Shown: positions 55,312 through 64,000 of the stretch, one piece after another
Position numbering within the stretch: the stretch's first letter is position 1
Layout of the letters: each line of letters starts with the position of its first letter
From: Spirochaetia bacterium
GTDB taxonomy: Bacteria; Spirochaetota; Spirochaetia; SZUA-6; Bin103
DNA: 64,000 nt
Direction of reading: 5' to 3'
Assembly: GCA_965203515.1 (NCBI GenBank)
Contig: OZ241907.1
Coordinates: 3,840,001 to 3,904,000 of the forward strand
Notes under the pieces: model-generated
Told to the model about the DNA's origin: nothing
Database searches by the model: none
What the model saw: the letters and a program-made list of their open reading frames with translations, nothing else
Made by a program: the position numbers and the translations under genes

Positions 55312-56547
55312 GTGGCAGTCGTGATCGGCAGCGTCATCGTATTCCCGGTCGTCATCGTCGCGCTGACCCTGGCGCTGATGGCGGCGGAGACCCGACTGAA
55401 GCCCCGCGGCAAGGTCAAGATCACGGTCAACGGCGATCCGGACAAGGCGATCGAGACCGAGGCCGGCGGCACCCTGCTCAGCACGCTGTCCAACGCCGGC
55501 GTGATGCTGCCGTCGGCGTGCGGCGGCGGCGGCACCTGCGGGGTGTGCAAGTGCCAGGTGACCGCCGGCGGGGGCGACATCGCGCCGACCGAGCAGTCGC
55601 ACATCAACTACCGCGAGGCCAAGGAGAACTGGCGGCTCTCATGCCAGGTGAAGGTGCGGGAGGACATGGAGATCGTGGTCCCGGACGAGGTCTTCTCCAT
55701 CAACAAGTGGGAGTGCGAGGTGATCGGCAACCGGAGCGTGGCCACCTACATCCGCGAGTTCACCTTGAAGCTGCCGGAGGGCGAGGACCTCAACTTTCAG
55801 TCCGGCGGCTACATCCAGATCGAGGTGCCGCCCTTCGATGCCGACTTCAAGGACTTCGACGTCGAGGACGAGTACCTGGAGGAATGGACGCGGCTGGGCG
55901 TCCTCGACCTGCGCACCAAGAACGCGGAGACGGTGTCGCGGGCCTACTCGATGGCGAACCACCCGGCGGAGGGCAACGTCGTCATGCTCAACATCCGCAT
56001 CGCCACCCCGCCGGTCGACCGGGAGAAGCGGGCGTTCAAGGAGGTGATGCCCGGCGTGGCCTCCAGCTACGTCTACGGCCGCAAGGTCGGCGACCGGGTC
56101 ACCATCTCCGGACCGTACGGCGAGTTCTTCATGCAGGAGACCGACCGGGACATGTGCTACATCGGCGGCGGCGCCGGCATGGCGCCCCTGCGCTCGCACA
56201 TCTTTCACCTGTTCCACACGCTGAGGACCGGCCGCAAGGTGAGCTACTGGTACGGGGCGCGCTCGCGGCGCGAGATCTTCTACGAGGACCACTTCCGCAA
56301 GATCGAGCAGGAGTTTCCCAACTTCAGCTTCCACATCGCCCTGTCGGAGCCGTTGCCGGAGGACAACTGGGACGGACCGGTCGGCTTCATCCATCAGGTG
56401 GTGCTCGACGAATACCTGGACGATCACGAGGCGCCGGAGGACGTGGAGTACTACCTGTGTGGTCCTCCGCAGATGCTCAACGCCGTACGCAAGATGCTGG
56501 ACGACCTGGGCGTCGAGCCGGAGATGATCCGCTTCGACGAGTTCTAG
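55312..56547 (+). CDS. nqrF: Na+-NQR subunit F
   Basis: SACGGGGTCGVC (2Fe-2S), RAYSMAN, GGAGMAPLRSH and YLCGPP. Confidence 0.96.
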   Translation: MAVVIGSVIVFPVVIVALTLALMAAETRLKPRGKVKITVNGDPDKAIETEAGGTLLSTLSNAGVMLPSACGGGGTCGVCKCQVTAGGGDIAPTEQSHINYREAKENWRLSCQVKVREDMEIVVPDEVFSINKWECEVIGNRSVATYIREFTLKLPEGEDLNFQSGGYIQIEVPPFDADFKDFDVEDEYLEEWTRLGVLDLRTKNAETVSRAYSMANHPAEGNVVMLNIRIATPPVDREKRAFKEVMPGVASSYVYGRKVGDRVTISGPYGEFFMQETDRDMCYIGGGAGMAPLRSHIFHLFHTLRTGRKVSYWYGARSRREIFYEDHFRKIEQEFPNFSFHIALSEPLPEDNWDGPVGFIHQVVLDEYLDDHEAPEDVEYYLCGPPQMLNAVRKMLDDLGVEPEMIRFDEF

Positions 56548-56573
56548 GGGTAGGTCCCGACCATGTCGGCGCG

Positions 56574-57440
56574 ATGATCCTCAAGGGAGTCTACGGCGCG
56601 TTGCGCGCGGACCTGGACGCGACCGGGGGCGAGCTGGATCGGCAGATCGCATCGGTGATCGCAGGGCGCCGGGAACTGACCGGCGAGTACCCGCGGCTAC
56701 GGGCGCTGATCGAACAGCTCCGCTCGGTGCGCGGCAAGCTGCTGCGGCCGGTCCTGGTGCTGCTGGCGGCGCGCTCGGCGGGCGTCGCGGCAGCGTCGCC
56801 GGCGGTGATCCGGCTCGCGGCGGCGACCGAGCTGCTCCACTCGGCGTCGCTGATCCACGACGACATCATCGATCGGACCGACGTGCGGCGCGAGCGGGTG
56901 GCCGTGCACAAGCGGTTCGGCACGCAGATGGCGGTCTTGATCGGCGACGTGCTGTACGCGCAGTTCTTCGCCATCATCGCCGGACTGCCGGCGTCCGACT
57001 CGGTCCGGGTGGCGTTGTTCGAGCGGTTCTGCACCATCACCCGCGACATGTGCCTGGGCGAGATGGTGCAGCAGGGGGCGCTGCGCGGTGAGCTGCCGGT
57101 GCGGGAGCGGCTCTACCACGACGTGATCGACTCCAAGACCGCCGGCCTGATGTCCGGCTGCTGCTACGGCGGCGCCCTGGTCGCCGGCGTCGGCGCGGAT
57201 CGGGCGGACGCCTACGCCCGCTTCGGCCGCGCCTTCGGCACGGTGTTCCAGCTCATCGACGACTACCTGGACGGCGACGCGATCTACGGCGACCGCGCTG
57301 CGCTGCCCGGCCGGGCGCGGCGGAGCGCCGCGCAGGCGCACGCCGAGCTCGACCGGTTCGAGCCCGGCTCGGCGACCGAGCACCTCGCCTCACTGCTGCG
57401 CTACACCTTGGCGCGACCGGGGCACGAAGCGGTCGCGTAG
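56574..57440 (+). CDS. Polyprenyl diphosphate synthase family protein
   Basis: GKLLRP, SLIHDDIID (FARM), KTAGL and FQLIDDYLD (SARM). Confidence 0.88.
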   Translation: MILKGVYGALRADLDATGGELDRQIASVIAGRRELTGEYPRLRALIEQLRSVRGKLLRPVLVLLAARSAGVAAASPAVIRLAAATELLHSASLIHDDIIDRTDVRRERVAVHKRFGTQMAVLIGDVLYAQFFAIIAGLPASDSVRVALFERFCTITRDMCLGEMVQQGALRGELPVRERLYHDVIDSKTAGLMSGCCYGGALVAGVGADRADAYARFGRAFGTVFQLIDDYLDGDAIYGDRAALPGRARRSAAQAHAELDRFEPGSATEHLASLLRYTLARPGHEAVA

Positions 57441-57545
57441 ACCTGTATGGCTCGGGTCGGCGTTCGCGCGCCGACCGGGGCCGCGCGGGGTGTCAGCGCG
57501 GTCGCTCAATGGCCGCCGGCGCCGGCCGGCCGTATATTCGGGCGC

Positions 57546-58250
57546 ATGGCAGCCGTCACGCTCGACGACGTACGGAAAGTATACGCCCTTGGCAAGACGG
57601 AGGTGCACGCCGTCAAGGGGGTCGGCTTCCGCATCCAGGAAGGCGAGTTCGTCTCCATCGCCGGCCCGTCCGGATCGGGCAAGACCACGATCCTCAACCT
57701 GATCGGCTGCATCGACACCCCCACCTCAGGGACGGTGAAGGTGATGGGCACCGACACCGCCGGCATGTCGGACCGCGCCGTCACGGACCTGCGCCACCAG
57801 GTGCTGGGGTTCATCTTCCAGTCCTTCAACCTGGTGCCGGTGCTGAACGTCACGGAAAACGTGGAGTTCCCCTTGCTGATCGGCAAGGCGCGCGTTCCCA
57901 AGGAGGAGCGGGCCGACTGGATCGGCCATCTGGTCGACGCCGTGGGGCTCGACCGGCACCGCGACCATCGGCCCGCCGAGCTGTCCGGCGGCCAGCGCCA
58001 GCGGGTGGCGATCGCCCGCGCCCTGGCCAACAAGCCGCGCATCGTGCTGGCCGACGAACCGACCGCCAATCTCGACTCGGCGACCAGCAAGCAGATCATC
58101 GAGCTGATGAAGCGCATGAACACCGAGCTGGGCACCACCTTCATCTTCTCCACGCACGACCCGGCGATCGTCGGCATCGCCGACCACATCATCCGCCTCA
58201 ACGACGGCCTGGTGACCGAGGATCGGCGGACCGAGGAGCGGGCCGCGTGA
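57546..58250 (+). CDS. ABC transporter ATP-binding protein (LolD/MacB-like)
   Basis: GPSGSGKT, LSGGQRQR and ADEPTANLD. Confidence 0.93.
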   Translation: MAAVTLDDVRKVYALGKTEVHAVKGVGFRIQEGEFVSIAGPSGSGKTTILNLIGCIDTPTSGTVKVMGTDTAGMSDRAVTDLRHQVLGFIFQSFNLVPVLNVTENVEFPLLIGKARVPKEERADWIGHLVDAVGLDRHRDHRPAELSGGQRQRVAIARALANKPRIVLADEPTANLDSATSKQIIELMKRMNTELGTTFIFSTHDPAIVGIADHIIRLNDGLVTEDRRTEERAA

Positions 58251-59746
58251 GCGTCGTCTGGCGCATCGCCATCCGCAACCTGCAGGAGCATCGCGCCAAG
58301 AGCCTGATCGTCGGCACGATCATCCTGGTCGGCACCTTCGTGCTGGTGGTCGGCAACTCGCTGATGGATTCGGCGACGGACGGCATCCGTCGGACGTTCA
58401 TCGACAACTTCACCGGCCACGTGGTCCTTACCGGCGTCGTCGATGCGCGGGTCAGCCTGTTCGGCGTGCAGAGCACCGACTTCCTGAACGTGCGCACGCC
58501 GCGGCTGGACGGCTTCGAATCGCTCCGCGACGCGGTAGCCGACCACCCGGACGTCGCGGCATGGAATCCGCAGGCCGAAACCAACGTCTCGATGAGCCTG
58601 CCGGGCCCGGACGGTACGACGTTGGGAGAGACGTTCGCGCAGGTCTGGGGCATCGATCCGGTGCGCTACCGCGCGATGTTTCCGGATGCCGTCGAGCTGA
58701 TCGCCGGCTCCTTCCTCGATCCCGATCAGGTGGGGTTGGTGCTGTCGGAGGAGTCCGCCAAGGAGCTTGCCGAATCGGCCGAGCGTGACGTGGCGCCCGG
58801 TGACCGGCTCCTGCTGACCGCCACCACGCAGGCCGGCATCAAGGTGCGGGAGGTGCCGGTCACCGGCATCTTCCGGTATCGCAACGCCATGCCGCAGATC
58901 GACACCACCTCGTTCGTCGACATCACGACGTTGCGCACGCTGGTGGGAATGACCGTGTCGGCGCCTGCGGAGGTGATCCTGAGCGACGAACAGATGGCGG
59001 GCCTCGGGTCGGTGGACGAGTCGGACCTGTTCGGTGGCGGCGGCGCCGGCGCCGCCGGCGGCGAGAGTCCGTTTCAGGACGGCCTGGTTCAGGAGATACC
59101 CGATGCCGCTGCCCCCGCCCTGCTCGATTTCGGCGACCGCGAGGAGACCGTGATCGACTCCGGCGCCTGGCACTTTCTGGTGGTCAAGCTGCACCGCCCC
59201 GGAGCCGCCGCCCGCGTGACCGCAGACCTGCAACGGGTCATCGACGACGGCGATCTCAACTCCCAGGTGATGGGCTGGCTGGATGCCGCCGCGCCGTTTT
59301 CGCAGCTCTCCAACGGATTCAGGACCGTCTTCAACGTGGTGATCATCGTCGTCGCCGTGGTCGCCGTGATCATCATCATGAACACGCTGGTGCTTTCGGT
59401 AACGGAGCGCATCAGCGAGATCGGCACCATGCGCGCCATCGGCGCGCGCAAGGGCTTCGTGCGGCGCATGATCGGCGCCGAGACGGTGACGCTGGCGTTC
59501 GTATTCGGCGCCGCCGGCGTCCTGTTCGGGCTGGCGGCGATGGGCGTGCTGGGCGCCACCGGCATCCGCGCCTCCAACCTGTTCCTGCGCGTCCTGTTCG
59601 GGGGCGAGGTGCTCAGGCCGACGATCTCGGCCGGTTCGGTGGCGTTCGCCCTGGTCATGGTGGCGGCTATCGCAGTGGTTTCCAGCATGTATCCGCTGGC
59701 GGTAGCGCTGCGCATCTCGCCCCGGCAGGCGATGGGGACCGGCTGA
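58247..59746 (+). CDS. FtsX-like ABC permease
   Basis: IAIRNL...KS N-terminus and ERISEIGTMRAIG. The GTG overlaps the upstream TGA. Confidence 0.88.
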   Translation: MSVVWRIAIRNLQEHRAKSLIVGTIILVGTFVLVVGNSLMDSATDGIRRTFIDNFTGHVVLTGVVDARVSLFGVQSTDFLNVRTPRLDGFESLRDAVADHPDVAAWNPQAETNVSMSLPGPDGTTLGETFAQVWGIDPVRYRAMFPDAVELIAGSFLDPDQVGLVLSEESAKELAESAERDVAPGDRLLLTATTQAGIKVREVPVTGIFRYRNAMPQIDTTSFVDITTLRTLVGMTVSAPAEVILSDEQMAGLGSVDESDLFGGGGAGAAGGESPFQDGLVQEIPDAAAPALLDFGDREETVIDSGAWHFLVVKLHRPGAAARVTADLQRVIDDGDLNSQVMGWLDAAAPFSQLSNGFRTVFNVVIIVVAVVAVIIIMNTLVLSVTERISEIGTMRAIGARKGFVRRMIGAETVTLAFVFGAAGVLFGLAAMGVLGATGIRASNLFLRVLFGGEVLRPTISAGSVAFALVMVAAIAVVSSMYPLAVALRISPRQAMGTG

Positions 59747-61068
59747 TGCCGAGCGGGCTCCGCATCGCCTTTCGCAACACCGGCAGGCAGAAGAAGCGCA
59801 CCGTGCTGCTGGCCGGCGCGATCGCGTTCGGCGTCCTGGTGGTAACGCTGCTCAACGGGTTCACCGGCGGCGTGTCGCGCAACATCACGCGGACGGTGAC
59901 CGACCTGATCGGCGGCCACGTCTACGTGAACGGCACGGAGCTCACCGATTCCCGGCTGATCGTCAACGTCATCCGCGATACGGACGGCGGCTCCTCGCTG
60001 CAGGCGGCGGTCGATCAGGTGGCGGAGCAGATCGACATGACGAACCGTCGCAGCCGCACCCTGGCGACCCTGATCTTCGGCTCCAAGCAGACCAACCTGC
60101 TCCTGGACGGCGTCGACTGGGACGGAGAGCCGAGCTTCTTTCCCAGCCTGTCGCTGGTCGGCGGCGCGCTGCCGGGTCCGGCAGACCGCAGCGCCCTGAT
60201 CCTGCCGGTATCGGCGGCCGAGCGGCTGCGGGCGGAGGCGGGCGACCAGATTCTGGCGCGGCTGAGCACGGTCACCGGCCAGCAGAACGTCGGCGAGTTC
60301 GTGCTGGCCGCCATCGTCGAGGACTCCGGGATCGGCGGGTTTTCATCCGGCTTCGCCCGTCTGGATTACCTGGGAGAGCTGATCGGTACGGCTGCGGGAG
60401 AATACCAGATGCTGCACCTCTACTTGCGTGACCCGCGGCGGTCCGGCCAGGTGGCGGAGGCGTTGCGCGCCGGGCTGCCGACGGCGCCGGAGACCGACGA
60501 GGAGCAGGGCGGTGGAGGCGGCGGTCTCTTCGGCGGCGTCCGGCGGTTGGCCGACGACGACGAGTCGTGGGAAGGCACGCGGTACGGCGTCACTACCATC
60601 GACGACGTCATGGCGGAAACCTCGACGCTGTTTCGCGTGCTCAACACGGTCAGTCTGACCGTCTTTCTGATTCTGCTGACGATCACCATGGTCGGGGTGG
60701 TCAACACCTTCCGCATGGTGCTCCTGGAACGCATCCAGGAAATCGGCACCATGCGGGCGGTCGGCATGCAGCGCGGCGCGGTAAGAAGCATCTTCCTGAT
60801 GGAGGCCACCTTCATCGGCCTGATCGGCGCGGTGGCGGGGCTGGCGCTGGCCGCGGTCGCCATGGCGATCCTGGGCCAGGTCGAACTGCAGACCGACAGC
60901 CCGCTGCAGTTCTTTCTCGACGACGGCCGGCTCACCTTTGCCGTGCCGCCGCTGACGATGGTCGCCAACGTGGCGATTCTGGTCGTCTTGAGCCTGGGCG
61001 CGGCCGCCATCCCGGCGCGCCGCGCCGCGCGGCTCGACCCGGCCGTGGCGCTGCGCAGCTCCGCATGA
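59746..61068 (+). CDS. FtsX-like ABC permease
   Basis: IAFRN...R, ERIQEIGTMRAVG and PARRAARLDP. Confidence 0.88.
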   Translation: MPSGLRIAFRNTGRQKKRTVLLAGAIAFGVLVVTLLNGFTGGVSRNITRTVTDLIGGHVYVNGTELTDSRLIVNVIRDTDGGSSLQAAVDQVAEQIDMTNRRSRTLATLIFGSKQTNLLLDGVDWDGEPSFFPSLSLVGGALPGPADRSALILPVSAAERLRAEAGDQILARLSTVTGQQNVGEFVLAAIVEDSGIGGFSSGFARLDYLGELIGTAAGEYQMLHLYLRDPRRSGQVAEALRAGLPTAPETDEEQGGGGGGLFGGVRRLADDDESWEGTRYGVTTIDDVMAETSTLFRVLNTVSLTVFLILLTITMVGVVNTFRMVLLERIQEIGTMRAVGMQRGAVRSIFLMEATFIGLIGAVAGLALAAVAMAILGQVELQTDSPLQFFLDDGRLTFAVPPLTMVANVAILVVLSLGAAAIPARRAARLDPAVALRSSA

Positions 61069-61111
61069 CGGCCGCATCGGCCGGAGACGCACCGAGAGGA
61101 GGATTACACCC

Positions 61112-61891
61112 ATGATCGACCGAATTCGGAAGACGGCGTTGCCGCTCGTCGCCGGCCTGCTCGCCGGCGGTGCGCTCTGGGCAGCCGACGTCGATCCGCA
61201 GGCGCTGCTGGAGGAGATCGATCGGCAGCGCGACTTTGCCGGACAGGATTTCACGGCGGTCATGACGCTGGTGTCCGAAGACCCGGAGGACGGCGTGGAT
61301 CGCACGGTGGTGCAGCAGTTCCGCCGCGATGCGGACGACGCCTTCCTGATCCTGATCCGGGATCCGGCCGTGCAGCGCGGACAGGGCTATCTCAGGCAGG
61401 GCGACAACCTGTGGTTCTACGATCCGGAGAGCCGCAAGTTCTCCCACACGTCGCTGAAGGAGACGTTTCAGGGCACCGATGCCCGCAACTCCGACTTTGG
61501 CGATATCCGCTATGCCCGGGACTATGAGGTCCGGTCGATCGAGGACGGTCAGCTCGGGCGCTACCCGATATACGTCATGGACCTGGAGGCGAACACCGAT
61601 GAGGTCACCTATCCGTTCCTGAAGATGTGGGTCACGCGCGAGGGGAGTCTGATCCTGAAGACCGAGGACTACAGTCTGACCAAGCGGCTGATGCGCACCT
61701 CCTACTACCCGCGCTACGCCCGCGTCGGCGGCGCCGACGGCGTCGGCGGCTCGGTGGTGCCGACCGAGATGATCTTCGTCGACGAGCTGGTGGACGGACG
61801 GAAGACCCGGATCGACCTCAGCGATCTCTCCGCCGCGCGGATAGCGGATTCGGTCTTCACCAAGGCGTACGTAGAACGGGCCAACCGATGA
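61112..61891 (+). CDS. Outer-membrane lipoprotein-sorting protein (LolA-like)
   Basis: Signal peptide, GQGYLRQGDNLWFYDP and SVFTKAYVE. It sits in an ABC exporter operon. Confidence 0.85.
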   Translation: MIDRIRKTALPLVAGLLAGGALWAADVDPQALLEEIDRQRDFAGQDFTAVMTLVSEDPEDGVDRTVVQQFRRDADDAFLILIRDPAVQRGQGYLRQGDNLWFYDPESRKFSHTSLKETFQGTDARNSDFGDIRYARDYEVRSIEDGQLGRYPIYVMDLEANTDEVTYPFLKMWVTREGSLILKTEDYSLTKRLMRTSYYPRYARVGGADGVGGSVVPTEMIFVDELVDGRKTRIDLSDLSAARIADSVFTKAYVERANR

Positions 61892-63303
61892 TCGCGCGGG
61901 TGCGGGCGCTGCCGATCGGCATTGCGCTTGCCGTGCTGTTGTTCGCCGGCGCGGCGGGCGCCCAGACGATCGACAGTGACGAGGGATCGCTGTTCGGCTC
62001 GGCGGATGAGGCCGATCAGGGCGCGGCCGATGCGACGGCGCCGGCCGACATGTCGGATCTGTTCGCGGGCGACCTGATGACCGCGGCGGAGTCGGCGGAC
62101 GGCGCCGGCAGCGCGGAACAGGACCGGCCGGCGGTGGAGATCGGCGGCTCGTACCGATTCTCGCTGACCGGGCAGGCGGGGTGGCCGTCGCCGGCCGACC
62201 TGTGGGCTGCGCCGCTCGATCCCGACCGGCGGAGCATCGGGGTCGACCTGGGCGCGACCCTGTTCCTGGATGCGCGGCCGGCCGACGATTTCCGCGTGTT
62301 CGGCAAGGCGGCCATCAGCTATCCGTTCACCACCGACGACGATCCGGCGGCGCCCCGCACGTTCTCGGACATCGTCCGGGTGACCGAGCTGTTCTCCGAC
62401 TTCCAGCTCGGCGACAGCGTGTTCCTGCGCGGCGGCAAGCACACCATCGCCTGGGGGGTGGGGTACTTCTTCAGCCCGGCCGACGTGCTGAACCTCACGG
62501 CGATCGACCCGGAAGACCCGGAGGCCGACCGGGAGGGCCCGGTGTCGCTGCGCGCCAACCTGCCGATCGACTACAACAACCTCTATCTCTACGTGATCGC
62601 CGACCCGACGGCCGACGGCGTGAAGCCGGCGGTCGCGCCCAAGGCCGAGGTGGTGCTGGGGTCAGCCGAGATCGGCATCGGCGCCTACTACCATCCCGAC
62701 CGGGTGCCGCGCGCCATGCTGACGTTGAGCACCGGCCTGTGGGACGCGGAGGTGTTCGGAGAGCTGGAGGCGAGTCTGGGATCGGACCGGACCTTCGTAG
62801 AGCGGGATGCCGGCAGTCCGCTCGGGCTGCGGGCGGTGCGCCATGCCAACCGCGTGTTCGGCGCGGCGACCGGCGGGCTGCGCTACACGTACCGCCCCGA
62901 AGCGAACGACTGGTCGGCGACCTTCGCCGGCCAGTACCTGTGGAACGGCGAAGGCTACGCGGATCCGACCATTCTGCGCGAGCCGGGCATCCGCACGCTG
63001 ATCCGCAACCGGGCGCTGAGCCCTGCCGACCTGACCACCCTCCCCGGCCAGCACTACGCGGCGGCGTCGCTCAACCTGTCGCTGGGTACCGGGTCCGACT
63101 GGTCGGCGGGGGCGCTGTGGATCACCAACCTGAGCGACGGCTCGGGGCGCGTAGCGCCGTCGGTCACCTTCCGGCCGGCCGATCGGTTCAGCCTGCGCGC
63201 CGCCGCCACGTTCACCTATGGCGAGGCTGGCGCGGAGATGACGCCGTTCGGCAACCGCGTCGGCGCCTCCCTCACCGCCACCCTCGGCTCCGGCAGCTTC
63301 TGA
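61888..63303 (+). CDS. Probable outer-membrane beta-barrel protein
   Basis: Signal peptide, GKHTIAWGVGYFFSPADV and terminal Phe. Last gene of the exporter operon. Confidence 0.7.
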   Translation: MIARVRALPIGIALAVLLFAGAAGAQTIDSDEGSLFGSADEADQGAADATAPADMSDLFAGDLMTAAESADGAGSAEQDRPAVEIGGSYRFSLTGQAGWPSPADLWAAPLDPDRRSIGVDLGATLFLDARPADDFRVFGKAAISYPFTTDDDPAAPRTFSDIVRVTELFSDFQLGDSVFLRGGKHTIAWGVGYFFSPADVLNLTAIDPEDPEADREGPVSLRANLPIDYNNLYLYVIADPTADGVKPAVAPKAEVVLGSAEIGIGAYYHPDRVPRAMLTLSTGLWDAEVFGELEASLGSDRTFVERDAGSPLGLRAVRHANRVFGAATGGLRYTYRPEANDWSATFAGQYLWNGEGYADPTILREPGIRTLIRNRALSPADLTTLPGQHYAAASLNLSLGTGSDWSAGALWITNLSDGSGRVAPSVTFRPADRFSLRAAATFTYGEAGAEMTPFGNRVGASLTATLGSGSF

Positions 63304-63321
63304 CCCGCGCGGGCGTCCCCG

Positions 63322-64000
63322 CTACGGCTCGGCATCGGCGAGCAGCGCGCCGGCGTCGATGCGGGCGCGGATGGCGGCCCGCGCCTGGCGCAGCTCGTCC
63401 GTACCGGCGACGTAGGTATCGCCGGAGCGCAGGAAGTGGAGCGAGGCGACCGGCTCGTGGCCGACCGCCTGCCGCAACGCGCCGGCGTAGAGGGCGACCT
63501 GGCCCAGGTACGGGGCCGCCGCCTGCGCCAGCCGGCCGCGCCGCACCTGGTCGGTCTTGAAGTCGACCAGATGCCAGCGGCCGGCCTGCTCATAGGCCAA
63601 GTCGATCGTGCCGTGCACCGGCGCGCCGTCCCAGTACCAGCCGAACGACAACTCGAAGCGGGCGCGCGTGCCGGGCCGCCGCAACGCCTGAGCCAGCTCG
63701 CTGCCGTCGAACCGGTCGAGCATCTGCTCCACCTCGGCTCGCACGCCCAACGTATCGGCCTCGCTCGCGGCCGGCTGCAGGCGCCGCAGCAACGGCATCA
63801 GCTCGGGGCGGCGGCCGGCGGTGAACCAGAGCCGTAACGCCTCGTGCGCCGCGCTGCCTCGCATCAGTCCCAGCCGGTCGCCGTGCGCCCGCGCCCGGAA
63901 CGGGGCGACCGGTTCCTGCCGGCGCAACGCGGTGACCGGGGTACTGGAGCGGAGCGGGATCACCGCCGGCCGGTCGACCAGCGGAGCGGTCACCGGCCGC
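63322..64000 (-). CDS. 3' end of an AddA/UvrD-type helicase-nuclease (RecB-like PD-(D/E)XK domain), partial
   Basis: GSAAHEAL, FELSF, HGTIDL, LVDFKTD and QVALYA. The gene runs off the window edge. Confidence 0.8.
   Translation of the reverse strand, partial: RPVTAPLVDRPAVIPLRSSTPVTALRRQEPVAPFRARAHGDRLGLMRGSAAHEALRLWFTAGRRPELMPLLRRLQPAASEADTLGVRAEVEQMLDRFDGSELAQALRRPGTRARFELSFGWYWDGAPVHGTIDLAYEQAGRWHLVDFKTDQVRRGRLAQAAAPYLGQVALYAGALRQAVGHEPVASLHFLRSGDTYVAGTDELRQARAAIRARIDAGALLADAEP

Overview
A very GC-rich bacterial chromosome segment, probably from an environmental or symbiont genome. The gene mix (ASST, several AAA-nuclease ATPases, Rpn, LolA-like ABC cluster) resembles spirochaete-like sponge symbionts, but that is inference only. 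Housekeeping blocks: peptide ABC importer, mogA, Ser/Thr dehydratase, FAD/Fe-S oxidoreductase, acnA, chelatase-like AAA plus vWA, osmC, aspS, yyaL, ribA, LOG, MoxR, a moeA-moaACDE-msrPQ operon, clpB, nqrABCDEF, a polyprenyl synthase, a LolD/FtsX/LolA-like exporter and the 3' end of an AddA-like gene. The most interesting part is a ~13 kb defence island (about 8.75-21.9 kb). It holds a DISARM DrmD-like SNF2 helicase, a Schlafen/AlbA protein, an Rpn nuclease with a likely internal antitoxin start, an AAA-wHTH-TPR ATPase, an AAA-PD-(D/E)XK nuclease and a large YprA-type helicase. The helicase C-terminus fuses DUF1998, a Vsr-like nuclease and an intact LexA-type S24 autopeptidase. Several island genes show internal deletions or survive only as fragments, so the system is either decaying or mis-assembled here. 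I saw no rRNA, tRNA, CRISPR array or integrase. All family calls come from motifs recognised by eye, without database searches.
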